A model generated the notes under the pieces. It did no database searches, had not been told where the DNA came from, and saw nothing but the letters and a program-made list of their open reading frames with translations. From a virus: a stretch of DNA of 64,000 nt. Positions 10,901-21,147 of the stretch are shown here, one piece after another. Made by a program: the position numbers and the translations under genes. The DNA lies in IMG/VR virus record IMGVR_UViG_3300027749_000082, positions 18,118 through 82,117 of that record; one strand, written 5' to 3'. Positions within the stretch are counted from its first letter, which is position 1. Each line of letters opens with the position of its first letter.

Positions 10901-11250
10901 CTTAAAATACTTAGAGTTGTTGTGTTATCTCCGGTTGCACGAACATTCAATACCTTTGGAACAGATAAAGAAGTGAGGTCATTTAGTATTAATGGTGTTG
11001 TAATAGTTCTTAAGTAATTATCCTTTTGACCAGGTAAAGAAATAAAATCTTCAAGTTTTTTAAGCCCTGTTAAATACTGTGATGTATAATTATTAATTGA
11101 TGAATCATATGCACCAGATAACGCATCTATAAGGTTAAACGAAAAGCCTTGTTCGCAAGTAATTGCAGATTGCTTATATTCATAATTACCGTCAAGATAT
11201 GTTGCTTTAGGTGTACGTATAGCAGCTAGGCTATATGTTTGTAAATTCAT
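7948..11250 (-). CDS. Large baseplate/virion protein with LamG-like domain (start probably ATG at 11250)
   Basis: YHTFTYRFD...ITLFIDG...LYLG...IYDRAL is a LamG pattern. TAAATA box 6 nt upstream of the ATG at 11250. Confidence 0.6.
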   Translation of the reverse strand: MNLQTYSLAAIRTPKATYLDGNYEYKQSAITCEQGFSFNLIDALSGAYDSSINNYTSQYLTGLKKLEDFISLPGQKDNYLRTITTPLILNDLTSLSVPKVLNVRATGDNTTTLSILSTVDYNNSGSFFELSFINNKVLRVLHNAGNGYYVLNVINQNNLQFIPSISTYIPAGNEGDDIFQYQLDSTGYLQLYKEYNNTLFAVNLSGTSLTLVNVLCASFGRVNKLFRVYYNYETINPKLNTSWISYNTNKVNTLSINNEKSDFDKTNQYILHTNYNEVSDTIELNHIALDNSRSEKGFIKRGASTTINEGNIPSTLFREYTTLRTGNDQERGDDHISLIYTWYDKDIEVYSGRDTYFVTPSSLYPYEKLNINDTKFIYNGSLPSTSPLLADKIYRSRAKSTTFENGRYLCTWLSGGASNMGMWVDRYYYPDRISKQAALSSSITPAYSASFLDPIDSIYYTPSRTSNFIFDKKSDLTIEPNTRYYYSRIDSNDIQNALINTMPLVSGFSNYYTTNNVAIPYISDSIVYDGTKYNKFNIKDPVNCSSQFTISFDLFVNPGTPIGYSLANSSREFTILNDTKVTPFITLYQDNIVYIYNTNYTLIKTITFDTDVRDIIVYKPLDDFFVICNNGLLYKVNELGNKLKKEVIPITSYKNYTQDDNYIYFLLDITGVVVRVNKFTFNYTTVYATLLPLYVNEPIQGKHRSLIIYNNILYSIPGERFKYKNADEIYFLLHNKQLWYYNLITNTARSLFDTSSTINDFALTTDNNIIILTDTNWYQYTSNRVYVLSGTTVDPVGAGPYKNIHVDIIREYTDTGLNESATILMLSGSNLDIHPVGNLVVQNILTSNITNVETAPNKVDLGITGQYVSDTSAIRKRYNLTNFNKIQALGTDLSFNMTLTNYLSSEDTLQQNIELSLQDLDIGYHTFTYRFDSRQGNITLFIDGIIYKNLTIPPNKYNIQQILSEDLYLGAVGIVNGLDLATYLKQPGYYYLNNTSIRNCHIYDRALKTDEIFALNINKDPIDNLVISIPSGQRSNIEEIERYFKYSPVSSSKSINIYVKNAGITNTDFKNNIKNIILDQTASALPVGIKINDIQFIDFK

Positions 11251-11320
11251 ATACAATATTTAATTATAATAATCAAGTTAGAAAGCTTTTATGTGTAAAG
11301 ACTAATTACAAATTATATTT

Positions 11321-11962
11321 TTATACTATATAAGAAAAATAACCATCAGGCTGTAAATATCTATAGATACCGTCCGGTCTAAATAAGTTACCCTGAGGTA
11401 TACTAGTTAAGCTAGTATATTGTGTACTACTACTTAGCGATGTTAGTAAGCTAGGTACAATTTGGATATTATTTTTACTTTCAAAGTTAACAAAAGTTGT
11501 ATTGTAAGAAATAGGCAATATTTGTGAGTTAATTGCTACATATTCTTTAATATCATCATAAAACGATCCGTGATATATATTAAAAGGTTGATAAAAGCTT
11601 ACGGTTTCCCCGCTATCGTAAGTTAGTATAAATTTAGCTACTACATTAAGTGAATGTGTCACACTATTATTAATATAATCATGAGAATAACTCGTACACA
11701 CTGAACCACCTATTTTTCCGTAAAGTATTTCATTAAAAATAGATTGGTTACGGTAGTCATAAACAGCATCCTTTTTAATTGAAACAATATCATTACTATC
11801 ACCCCATATTATATCTAAAAATAAAACCGTGTTGTATGGCTCAGTAATACCTGTAAGAATAAAATTAACTGTATTTTTACCCTTAAGTATTACAGGTTCA
11901 TTGTATATACTAGCAGATGTTACTGTTGATAAATTAAAAAATATAGTAGTAGATCTGTTCAT
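11321..11962 (-). CDS. Virion protein, PKD/Ig-like
   Basis: IIWGD...YSHDY PKD-like pattern; within the baseplate operon. Confidence 0.45.
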   Translation of the reverse strand: MNRSTTIFFNLSTVTSASIYNEPVILKGKNTVNFILTGITEPYNTVLFLDIIWGDSNDIVSIKKDAVYDYRNQSIFNEILYGKIGGSVCTSYSHDYINNSVTHSLNVVAKFILTYDSGETVSFYQPFNIYHGSFYDDIKEYVAINSQILPISYNTTFVNFESKNNIQIVPSLLTSLSSSTQYTSLTSIPQGNLFRPDGIYRYLQPDGYFSYIV

Positions 11963-14900
11963 AATATAAGTGCTCCATCTTGTGCTGTTAATGATCCCTG
12001 TATAGAGCCTGTTACAGCATATGATATTGAAGAGCTATAAAATCCTGTTGTGTTTACTATTTTGTCTGTTTTATAAAACTTTGCATCATAAAACGTTACA
12101 GCGTTATCGTTAATATTAAAGCTATAATCAAATACATAGAACATATTATTACTATCTGTACTGGTATAAGATAACTTATACATATTATTAAACGAATTAA
12201 ATGTAATAATAGGTTTATCTACCTTAACAATGTTAATATTAAATGTACTAGTTATATAACCTCTTAAACTAAACAATGCTGTAGCTGTATTCTGGATATC
12301 ACTTAATAGAGGGAAGACCTGTAATACAGAGTTATCAACTATATCATACCGGTAAATTGTTGGTAGTAAAATTTTAAAGTTAGATCCCGATAAACAATTA
12401 AATTCAGATTGTAAAATTTGAGCTGGTATTTCTTCTGTCGTTATATAATCATCACCTTCAGTAGCTATGTTATCACCACCATTTTGTGTTATCTGATTAA
12501 TAACACAAAAAGTAATTGTTCTATCTTTTTCATTAAAGAATCTATTAGAGAATTTATTAAATGCTGTTGAGGATGTTCTTGTAAAGTATGTATTTTTCGT
12601 AGCAGGTGTAACAAAGGCACCATCTTGATATTTAATTTTATCAAAAATTAAATAACTACTTGTTTCGCATATAATTGTATCATATATAATATCAAAATCT
12701 TTAATCTTATTAAACACTTCTGATTGAACAATACTTGTATATTTGTTAAAGGTTGTATTTAAGGAAGATGATAGAGGTAAAGATGTAGAATATCTTTGAT
12801 TTTTAACATATAACTTACCATTTAATTTTCGTTTATAAGCTTGGGTTTTAAGTATATTATCACCCGTTATTGTACTTATAATAGTTAAACTATTATTTGC
12901 TACAGTATTATAATATGTATAATTATCACCGTAGTTGTTATCATTAGTAAGAACACCTTGATCGTCTGTAAAGTACCCACAATCATAATCTTTAAATAAT
13001 ATTTGTGGAGCAGATTGCACAGCACTTAAAATATATTTTGCATTTAAAGTAAAATCAGAGTAACTAGTTGTAGGTGAACGATAACCTCTTTGTATATATG
13101 GTGAAAATTGACTTATTCCTCCGTCAATTAAGGACTCGTAGTAATAAGGACTAGGGGATGGGTAGTAAATTATATCATCTGCAGCAACCGGATCTGGTAG
13201 AGGTGTATTATTTTGAAAAGTAAACCCACCCGCATCTTTAAAGGTATATATTACATTACGTGAAGTTGTAGCAACTTCTTGATATGGTGCAAACTCTCTG
13301 AAAAAGAGTGTATATGGACTACCAGAAAGAGTAAATCTTGATGCAGAAAGAGTAGGTGTTGGTTTGTTTACTGTAAGAGCAGTTAATCCAGAACGTATAG
13401 AACCATTACTCTGTATACCTGTAATAGCATAATTAAATGTATAACCTTCGTAGCTATCAAAAAAGCTATAACCATCAAGCGTTAAATCGAGTATAGTTGA
13501 TGTAGTACCTAAATCTTCAATTGACTTAAAGGTATGACCTAACTCGTCTTTAAATAAAGCATACTCATTACCATAGACATCGTATTGAACTTTAGTTATA
13601 TATCCTTTATTATATAAGTCACTAAAATTTAAATTTAAACTATCTTCACTTACTATATTTTTTTCTGTATTTTGTTGTTTAGTGTAATACGGTGTAAAGG
13701 TTTGTTCGTAATTACTAATTTTAGGATCACCACTAGCAAATCCAGACGTATTATTTTTTACATCTTTAGAATAGTCATGAATAAAGACGAGAGGGTAATT
13801 CGGTTGCTTGTTAATTGATACATTACCATATACATTAGGGTCTGGAAAAATATAGACTTTGTTTGGTTCAAGCTTTGTTTTATCAATAGTATATGTATAA
13901 TTACTTGTATTAAGTTTAAATATACCTTGCGTATCTGGCTTAAAGAATAACCCTAAATCACGCAATAGTTTTAACTCTGTAGATGCTTCAACTGTTGCTG
14001 TATCAGCGGTTTGCAGATTTAAAATATTAGATGTTGGATTTTGTGCAACAATAAATCTATCATATATATTAGCCCCGTTAACTGTTGAGTAATAATAAAA
14101 GTCAACACCAATATACTTACTAATTAATTGTTTCTTGAGATAATCTATATCTGCTGTTGTAAGTCCACAAACTGTATTAGCATTTATAAGTGTTAGTGGA
14201 TCAGAAGGATTACATATAGGATCTGTTGTTACAGCAAAATTAACTGCTAGTGGCAACTCAGCTAAGAATGTTGTTGATTTAAAGACTTGTTGGGGTAATA
14301 CTTCCTTAAAGAATAAATTAATATCTATATCATTAGTATTTGCTGTATACTCTTTTTTTCTAAGAGGAGAAACTTCACTATTTGTTCTAGGTAAATCAAA
14401 ATAATTACCATATACATCAACAAATTCTTCTAAATCTATTTTCATTTCATTAACTACAGTAGATAATGAAAGGTTTAAAGTACTAAATTGTGGTTGCTCA
14501 TCTGCAGAAACTATATAATTATAGATCTTTTCAAAGATTGCTTTTTCAATAGACAGAGAACTACCTTTAATTTTAGATTTATCTACAACATATTTTGTCT
14601 CTTCTCTTTTTTCCTTATAAAATATTATAATCTGCCTTATTTTTTCAACATAAAGCGGTATAGCTATATCTAAATCAACAGGATCAGTAAGATCAAGTGT
14701 AGACATAAATCTTAATTCCTGCTGTGTTGAATAATTTAAAATTAAAGTCTTAAGAAACTCCACATAAAGATCAACAAAATTTACACTTACTCCTATAGTA
14801 TTGATACTATTTTTTATATCAGCCCACTGCTTTAAATAAAATAAGTAAAAGTTATTATACTCTTCAGGAGTGTAGTCGACATTAGTATTTTTTATAAAAT

Positions 14901-15003
14901 CTAAAAACGAGAGAGGTTGAGTGTTATCAATTGTTGTAGTAGAATTACTATTTGTAATAGAATTCGATACAATACTAACACTAAACGAATTTTTACTGAT
15001 CAT
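11959..15003 (-). CDS. Large putative baseplate/virion structural protein
   Basis: 1014 aa with its own TAAATA box, downstream of gp6 and the PKD gene. Confidence 0.55.
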   Translation of the reverse strand: MISKNSFSVSIVSNSITNSNSTTTIDNTQPLSFLDFIKNTNVDYTPEEYNNFYLFYLKQWADIKNSINTIGVSVNFVDLYVEFLKTLILNYSTQQELRFMSTLDLTDPVDLDIAIPLYVEKIRQIIIFYKEKREETKYVVDKSKIKGSSLSIEKAIFEKIYNYIVSADEQPQFSTLNLSLSTVVNEMKIDLEEFVDVYGNYFDLPRTNSEVSPLRKKEYTANTNDIDINLFFKEVLPQQVFKSTTFLAELPLAVNFAVTTDPICNPSDPLTLINANTVCGLTTADIDYLKKQLISKYIGVDFYYYSTVNGANIYDRFIVAQNPTSNILNLQTADTATVEASTELKLLRDLGLFFKPDTQGIFKLNTSNYTYTIDKTKLEPNKVYIFPDPNVYGNVSINKQPNYPLVFIHDYSKDVKNNTSGFASGDPKISNYEQTFTPYYTKQQNTEKNIVSEDSLNLNFSDLYNKGYITKVQYDVYGNEYALFKDELGHTFKSIEDLGTTSTILDLTLDGYSFFDSYEGYTFNYAITGIQSNGSIRSGLTALTVNKPTPTLSASRFTLSGSPYTLFFREFAPYQEVATTSRNVIYTFKDAGGFTFQNNTPLPDPVAADDIIYYPSPSPYYYESLIDGGISQFSPYIQRGYRSPTTSYSDFTLNAKYILSAVQSAPQILFKDYDCGYFTDDQGVLTNDNNYGDNYTYYNTVANNSLTIISTITGDNILKTQAYKRKLNGKLYVKNQRYSTSLPLSSSLNTTFNKYTSIVQSEVFNKIKDFDIIYDTIICETSSYLIFDKIKYQDGAFVTPATKNTYFTRTSSTAFNKFSNRFFNEKDRTITFCVINQITQNGGDNIATEGDDYITTEEIPAQILQSEFNCLSGSNFKILLPTIYRYDIVDNSVLQVFPLLSDIQNTATALFSLRGYITSTFNINIVKVDKPIITFNSFNNMYKLSYTSTDSNNMFYVFDYSFNINDNAVTFYDAKFYKTDKIVNTTGFYSSSISYAVTGSIQGSLTAQDGALIL

Positions 15004-15017
15004 TCAATTATATTTAT

Positions 15018-17132
15018 TTAATTAAAGAGATTCAGTCCAGTGTATAATTGATTAGAAAGAATATTAGAAATAATCCCACCTGGTTGAGACCAATCTTCGT
15101 AAGAACTAATATTATTACTAAGGGTATTTGTAATATCGTTATAGTTTATAGTATTATTAGTTATTGTACCGTTAATAGTAGGGTTATGCTCATAAAAAAG
15201 ATAATACTTACTAAGATCAACAACTGTTGCTCCTTCAGGTGTTACTAATCCCCAACCCCAAGTACTATTATAACTGCTTAGTTTATAAGTTCTAAGCGTA
15301 TTATTAATTACAGTTGCACTTAAAGATGCTACGAAAGGCAAATATGTATTTAACCGTTTAAATACACCACTATACTTTTCAAATGCTACAATATCAACCC
15401 CTGCTGTTATAGTATAATTAAGTGTTGATATTTCATTACCTAAATTAGAACCGTATATCTCACTATCTTGATAACCGTATGTTTTAAAATCATAATTATA
15501 TAAGTCAGCAAAACCTTTTAGTCTATTAAAGTTTATTGAAAGTAAATCAACAAGTCTTCCTATATCTGCTGGGTAGAGATAATTAGAACTATCATATTGA
15601 ATATTATCATTACTACCTACCATCTTAATTAAAGATACTAAGCTTTGTATACCAGCATAATCTAATGTAGAGTTATTATCAACGAAGTTTTGAATTTTTT
15701 CGTATGTTCGTTTACCTAATGTATCACCAATCGGTGAGGATAGATTACCAACAATACTACCCATAAAATCATCAAAGAGTATAGGATTGTCTAAAAATAA
15801 TGGCTGCATAGCAATATCTTTGAATTGCTGTGTCATATCAATATCTTCCCCTTTCTTAGCTACATTATAATAGTTTTTTGAGTATAGATTGAAGGTATTA
15901 GAGACACTAGTATTAGATCCACCTATTAATATATAAACATTTTTAAAAGCGTATGGTGCATAATATACATTACTACCAATTGTTATGGATGGTTGGCTAA
16001 GATCTACATAAATTGAACCTTTATAAAAATTACCGCTAATTAATGAAGATAGCGGTCCAAAGTTATTAATAATAGTTGTATATTCGCCTAGATTATCTCC
16101 ATTACTTAGAACTATAGTAGCATCTAAATCATCATTAATTAAAAGTGGTCCTGTTTTGTTTGTAAAATTGTTTGTATCTTTTACTTTAACCACAAAACCT
16201 ATTTTTGTATTGCCGAATTTATTATTACCTATTGGAAAAAGATTTGAAGTTTGACCTTCACTAGTTATACCGTTAGCATTTATAGAGTAGTGGTCGTAAC
16301 TTGTATTGGCTACTATAATAGCACTCATACCTACAGTTGATGTGTTAGCAAATTCTAACAATTCACCAGGTTGATAACCAAAAAATAGATTTACTTGTGA
16401 TTTAGGTACATCGCTCTTAAAATATACATCTTGATAACCTGTTATACCGCAGAAAAATGCGTGGGTATCAGAAACATCTGTATATACTATATTAGTACCT
16501 GATAACTTACAGTAAAGCGGTGTAGTTGTTGTTTGAAAAGAAGATATTTCAAAAAAATCTGTTATACCGTTTAGACCAACTTCTTTAAGGTAAAAGGAAG
16601 AATATGGTTGTAAGTGACCATAAGCTTGTTTATCTAAACCTAATTCAAAATAATTATCATCACACCCGGAGCAAAAAGCTACAATTGTCTTATTATCTGT
16701 AGCATCAACTAAGTGTTGATAAGAAACAGAATTAGTAATGTGTATAGGTGATAATAATTGCCCGGAAATTAAAGTATAATTTATAGGGGTACTAACTTGT
16801 AAATTAATACTATTAGGTACAAAATCATACACATCCACCATTTGGAAGTAACTATTTACATAACACTGACCATCACCTGTATATAAAGAACACGTAACTT
16901 TATAATTACCAGCAGTTGTATATGCATGGTTAGCAGTAACTGCCTCCATAATTGAACCATCCCCAAAATCCCAAACAACCCGGTGCGTAGAAAATATATG
17001 ATCTGTTGTTTCTAATCTAGGTATAAAAGTAAAGGTGGCAAATGGCAGCGTATAACTCAGTGTATTTAGTACTCCTGTATAGTTATAAGTGTCAAAATAA
17101 GCGTAAACAGTATTAATATTACTCATCTTCAA
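15018..17132 (-). CDS. PKD-domain baseplate protein (gp7-like position)
   Basis: WDFGDGS...ANHAYTTAGNYKVT PKD signature; immediately after gp6. Confidence 0.65.
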   Translation of the reverse strand: MKMSNINTVYAYFDTYNYTGVLNTLSYTLPFATFTFIPRLETTDHIFSTHRVVWDFGDGSIMEAVTANHAYTTAGNYKVTCSLYTGDGQCYVNSYFQMVDVYDFVPNSINLQVSTPINYTLISGQLLSPIHITNSVSYQHLVDATDNKTIVAFCSGCDDNYFELGLDKQAYGHLQPYSSFYLKEVGLNGITDFFEISSFQTTTTPLYCKLSGTNIVYTDVSDTHAFFCGITGYQDVYFKSDVPKSQVNLFFGYQPGELLEFANTSTVGMSAIIVANTSYDHYSINANGITSEGQTSNLFPIGNNKFGNTKIGFVVKVKDTNNFTNKTGPLLINDDLDATIVLSNGDNLGEYTTIINNFGPLSSLISGNFYKGSIYVDLSQPSITIGSNVYYAPYAFKNVYILIGGSNTSVSNTFNLYSKNYYNVAKKGEDIDMTQQFKDIAMQPLFLDNPILFDDFMGSIVGNLSSPIGDTLGKRTYEKIQNFVDNNSTLDYAGIQSLVSLIKMVGSNDNIQYDSSNYLYPADIGRLVDLLSINFNRLKGFADLYNYDFKTYGYQDSEIYGSNLGNEISTLNYTITAGVDIVAFEKYSGVFKRLNTYLPFVASLSATVINNTLRTYKLSSYNSTWGWGLVTPEGATVVDLSKYYLFYEHNPTINGTITNNTINYNDITNTLSNNISSYEDWSQPGGIISNILSNQLYTGLNLFN

Positions 17133-18924
17133 TAATTATTTTATTAGTAAGGTTAGATATTTCGTAAAAATACGCGTACATAAAGCTTTCTAACGTATAA
17201 TTTTGCGATACAAAAGTTACATCATCTGTTTCATATAATGGATTCCATACTACATAATTAATTTGTGAAGATTCATACCCTGTATCAACACGTCTAGTAA
17301 GGATTCGCTTAACACCAATAATATTGAGTATATCGTTTGTTATTTGATTAAGATTAATAGTATCACCTAACTGTATATTAGAAAAATATGTATTAAATAT
17401 ACTTAAGATCTGACCTTTTAAAGAGGCACTATTAACCCGGGTATTAATATCACGCTTTATTACAAGATATGTATGATCTTTTAACGCTACCGATTCTAAC
17501 TCTCCTGCAACTTGTAATCCAAAGCTAAAAGCTTTATAAACAGGATCCATACACACTATTGATTGTGTAATATCTTTCTTTAAATTACACTCATTAGTTA
17601 ATAACTGCTTTTGAGAAGCATTTAAGTAGTTTGGTGTACGTTCATTTAATATAGTTGATATTTTAGGTACAGTAAACACATATACACTATTAAAGTTTGT
17701 TGATGGTGCAAAGAACACCTGATTAAACAATACTCTACAATCTTCATTAGGTCTATTAAGTCCTATTTTATAAAAATATGCAAGATAGTTTGTTGTAAAT
17801 TCTTCATTAGACAGAATATTTACAGACTTAATAATATTATTATAGTTTTTAGCAATAAAAGCTTTGTAATCACCTTGAGTTACTAATCTATCTTGTGTAG
17901 TAAACATTTTAGGTGCATTTTGCTTTATCTGATCTACAGTTTCAGCATCAGCAATAGGAGATGACTTACTGCTATTATTAGGAAATAAGTGTGGTAGATC
18001 GGTACCTACTACTAATCTAGTACCACTATCATAAAGGTACTGTGATATATCAATAAATGATGCTGAACTATATAAATTAATTTTTTGCTTGTTAAGAACA
18101 CCAGCACTTATCTCACCAGTAGCACCATCTGATAAAACGTAAAATATTTTTACTTGCTCACCTATTTGAGGCGCTTTACCTGTAACACCATTACCAAATT
18201 TAAATTCGTAATTACCGTTTTCGTTTAATCGTTTTTCATACCTTCTTGCATCAGATGATTCAAGATATAGTGATGATGTTTCTTTCCATTCGTACCACTT
18301 GCTATCATTATTGCTAAGTATAAAGACAGAAAAACTATTATCTGCTATAAAGCTCGTGCCATTAACACCTACTGTATTAACAAGTATATATGTCTCAAAA
18401 GTTTCACCTGTACTAATATATGTTGGAGCTTCAATAATAGATCCCTGCATTAGTGTACTATTATTAATATATAAAGTTTCTGTATTAGTTGTTGTTTTTT
18501 CAAACGAAATATCAGATATTAGTGTATAAGGTATACCGTTTGCATTAATAAAAGAAAAGCGAGGTAATAAATAACTACTTTGCGCAAGACCGCTATCTGC
18601 AGATAAGCTCAAAGTAACAAGAGATGTTTGTTGTCCTAGTGGCTTATAACCAAGTAGAGAGACAAGCTTATTAACATTTTCATAGAGTGATGCTGTGGTA
18701 AAATTACTTTCAGTTGATGTACTATTTAAATAAAATAGTAATACATGATACATATAAGCCACAACATCAATAAAAGCATTAATATTAGAACCTTCAAAGT
18801 TTTGATCTCTAAAAACTTGGCTTTCATTTAATCTAGCTATGATTAAGTTCTTAAGAGTTTCAGCCTCAAACGCTGTGTAAGCGTCTTTAGGTAAGTTAAA
18901 TTCTGTAAAGTTATTAATATTCAT
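17119..18924 (-). CDS. Baseplate wedge subunit, T4 gp6-like
   Basis: F.D.NFEGSNI..FIDVVAY, LGYKP, YEFKFGNGVTGKAP, ETVDQIKQNAP..FTTQDRLVTQGDY motifs. Confidence 0.9.
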   Translation of the reverse strand: MNINNFTEFNLPKDAYTAFEAETLKNLIIARLNESQVFRDQNFEGSNINAFIDVVAYMYHVLLFYLNSTSTESNFTTASLYENVNKLVSLLGYKPLGQQTSLVTLSLSADSGLAQSSYLLPRFSFINANGIPYTLISDISFEKTTTNTETLYINNSTLMQGSIIEAPTYISTGETFETYILVNTVGVNGTSFIADNSFSVFILSNNDSKWYEWKETSSLYLESSDARRYEKRLNENGNYEFKFGNGVTGKAPQIGEQVKIFYVLSDGATGEISAGVLNKQKINLYSSASFIDISQYLYDSGTRLVVGTDLPHLFPNNSSKSSPIADAETVDQIKQNAPKMFTTQDRLVTQGDYKAFIAKNYNNIIKSVNILSNEEFTTNYLAYFYKIGLNRPNEDCRVLFNQVFFAPSTNFNSVYVFTVPKISTILNERTPNYLNASQKQLLTNECNLKKDITQSIVCMDPVYKAFSFGLQVAGELESVALKDHTYLVIKRDINTRVNSASLKGQILSIFNTYFSNIQLGDTINLNQITNDILNIIGVKRILTRRVDTGYESSQINYVVWNPLYETDDVTFVSQNYTLESFMYAYFYEISNLTNKIIIEDE

Positions 18925-19406
18925 ACGAAAGTGTAGCCATCAGTATTTAAGACACCCTTTAAGCTTAGCCCCTGTATATTGAGCGACGGTATAGATAAAC
19001 TTATAGTTATATTATATTGCTGTTCATCAATATTAGCGAGTACTTCTAACATATCAATTTGAACACGTGGCTCAAAGCTTGTCAACCCCTCATGTAGGTC
19101 GGTACCCAGAAAAAAGGCACGACTTTCTGATATTGTCTCAAATAAATACCCTCGTAAATCTAATCCAAACTTAGGATTAAGTAGCTTCTCACCGGGTGAT
19201 GTTGTAAGAATATTTTTAATAGCATTAATTACAGACCCACTATCATAAATTGGCTTTAAATCATTTTTTTCACTAGTTTTATGCAACTGTGGATTATCTG
19301 TAAATTGAGGTATTAAGTCAAAACCAATATCCTTATATAGATATCCATCGTTAACAGATGTATCTAAAGGAGTTACGGGTCTCTGAACGTTTAACTTAAT
19401 TGCCAT
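18921..19406 (-). CDS. Baseplate wedge subunit, T4 gp25-like
   Basis: AIKNILTTSPGEKLLNPKFGLDLRGYLFE...FEPRV. Confidence 0.9.
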   Translation of the reverse strand: MAIKLNVQRPVTPLDTSVNDGYLYKDIGFDLIPQFTDNPQLHKTSEKNDLKPIYDSGSVINAIKNILTTSPGEKLLNPKFGLDLRGYLFETISESRAFFLGTDLHEGLTSFEPRVQIDMLEVLANIDEQQYNITISLSIPSLNIQGLSLKGVLNTDGYTFV

Positions 19407-19581
19407 ATTGTTGTATTAACTGTTCGTAAGTTTCAGTAAAAGTTTCTTTTTTTTCTTCATCTTCTGCATTTATACGAAGAGCTACTAAGTACTTTTTTGC
19501 TTTTTCGATAGAGTCAGAACAGCCTACCTTTTTACCTGTTTTTTTCAAATAAACACACTTACCAACTCTTTTATAAGGCAT
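19396..19581 (-). CDS. Small basic hypothetical protein (start revised to ATG 19581)
   Basis: MPYKRVGKCVYLKKTGKKVGCS...; TAAATA box 5 nt upstream of 19581. Confidence 0.6.
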   Translation of the reverse strand: MPYKRVGKCVYLKKTGKKVGCSDSIEKAKKYLVALRINAEDEEKKETFTETYEQLIQQYGN

Positions 19582-19627
19582 ATCATTATTTAATGTCGAA
19601 ATATTTAATCCGAGCATAAATAGATAT

Positions 19628-20212
19628 ATGGCAAAAAAGTATTTAATGCTCGTCGAAGACTATATGAAGCGATTTGAACGTGGTGGATTCCTCGTAGGTG
19701 ACATCTTTGAATTTAATAAGAATTTTAAAACAGAAGATGAGTATAAGAGTCTCGGTCAAAACGTAAAAGACATGATCGACGAAATGCTTGATTCAGGATT
19801 AAACATCCGTGTTGTTGGTATTAAAGACAATACAGGTGCAAGATTTCCTGGTAGTAATCAATCTTCATCTAATGATGTTGAATTATCATTAGCATTAGAT
19901 AACACAGGTGGTAGATTTACGCATTATGTATCTGTTTCACCTAGCTTAGGTCAACCTGGCGACTCTGGTTATCCAGGACTTACACCAATACCTGATGAAG
20001 TTAAGCGAAAGGATAAAGTTAACATTAAACCAAAAGAAATGGAAAAGAGTAACAATAACTCTAACAAGTCTGATAGAGGTGATGGTAAATTATCCGATAC
20101 AGAAAGAACTTTAACATGTAAAAATACAGTTCTACCACATAAATCTACCTCACCTTCTCCAGCTGTAGCTTCACAGACACACCATTACTTGAAGGATTTA
20201 GCTAAAGCTTAA
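19628..20212 (+). CDS. Hypothetical late protein
   Basis: 194-aa ORF; TAAATA at 19617-19622, 5 nt before the ATG. Confidence 0.7.
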   Translation: MAKKYLMLVEDYMKRFERGGFLVGDIFEFNKNFKTEDEYKSLGQNVKDMIDEMLDSGLNIRVVGIKDNTGARFPGSNQSSSNDVELSLALDNTGGRFTHYVSVSPSLGQPGDSGYPGLTPIPDEVKRKDKVNIKPKEMEKSNNNSNKSDRGDGKLSDTERTLTCKNTVLPHKSTSPSPAVASQTHHYLKDLAKA

Positions 20213-21141
20213 GCGATACGCTCAAGCATAATCCAACAAGCAAAAGAACAAATTTCTTTGTCTAAGACAAAGACAATTTTATAGAGATGATCAGCAATAA
20301 CCGCTATCATCTCTTTCTTTTTGTTATCAGCTACAGGCGCTGTATAGATATAGTTAAGAAAACTACGAAGTAAGCTATCATAGTCGTTATAAAACCTATC
20401 TTCATTCTCAATAAGGTACTTTCTCAACGAAATCGTGTCTTTTTCTTTGATCTTCGTGAAGATAGTATCAAGAAGCTCGGTATCAACGCTAATATTAGTA
20501 ATACAGAGGACGTTGTGAATACAGTTCTTTTGAATTTCATTAATTGTTTTTCTTAAATCGGGGAAATTAGCTCTTACAAGTTCTACAAACTTTTTCTTTT
20601 GAATATCATCTACTTCTATACTCTCTAACTTGAGAATATTGTAACATCTCTTAACAGCATCCTCAATAGTAGGTTTAATATCAAGAGACTGACATCTAGA
20701 CTGCAAAGCAGGTATAATCTTATGTTTATGGTTAGCAGTAAGTATAAATCGTGTATACTTAGCAAATGACTCCATAGTATTACGTAGAGCTGCTTGTGCG
20801 TTAGCTGTTAGGAAATCCGACTCATCTAAGACAACAACCTTAACCTTACCATCAAACGATTTAGTTTGTGAGAAATTAGTTACTTTATGACGAATAGTAT
20901 CAATACCAGTTTCATCAGAGGCGTTAATATATAAAAAATCGCAACCGAGAATTTCATTTACAATAATACGAGCTGCTGTAGTTTTACCAGTACCGGGAGT
21001 ACCCACAAATAGTAAATTAGGAATCTCATCTTTAAAACTACCTATAATATCTCGATTTCTATCAGAAAGAATTAAATCATCGAGCTTAGTTGGTCTATAC
21101 TTTTCACACCATAGTGCGTTTAAATTTAGCGTTGTACTCAT
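20209..21141 (-). CDS. Clamp loader AAA+ subunit (T4 gp44 / RFC small subunit-like)
   Basis: WCEKYRP, Walker A GTPGTGKT, NASDETGID, Walker B LDESD, ALQSRC, FPDLRK. Confidence 0.95.
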   Translation of the reverse strand: MSTTLNLNALWCEKYRPTKLDDLILSDRNRDIIGSFKDEIPNLLFVGTPGTGKTTAARIIVNEILGCDFLYINASDETGIDTIRHKVTNFSQTKSFDGKVKVVVLDESDFLTANAQAALRNTMESFAKYTRFILTANHKHKIIPALQSRCQSLDIKPTIEDAVKRCYNILKLESIEVDDIQKKKFVELVRANFPDLRKTINEIQKNCIHNVLCITNISVDTELLDTIFTKIKEKDTISLRKYLIENEDRFYNDYDSLLRSFLNYIYTAPVADNKKKEMIAVIADHLYKIVFVLDKEICSFACWIMLERIA

Positions 21142-21147
21142 ATTATA

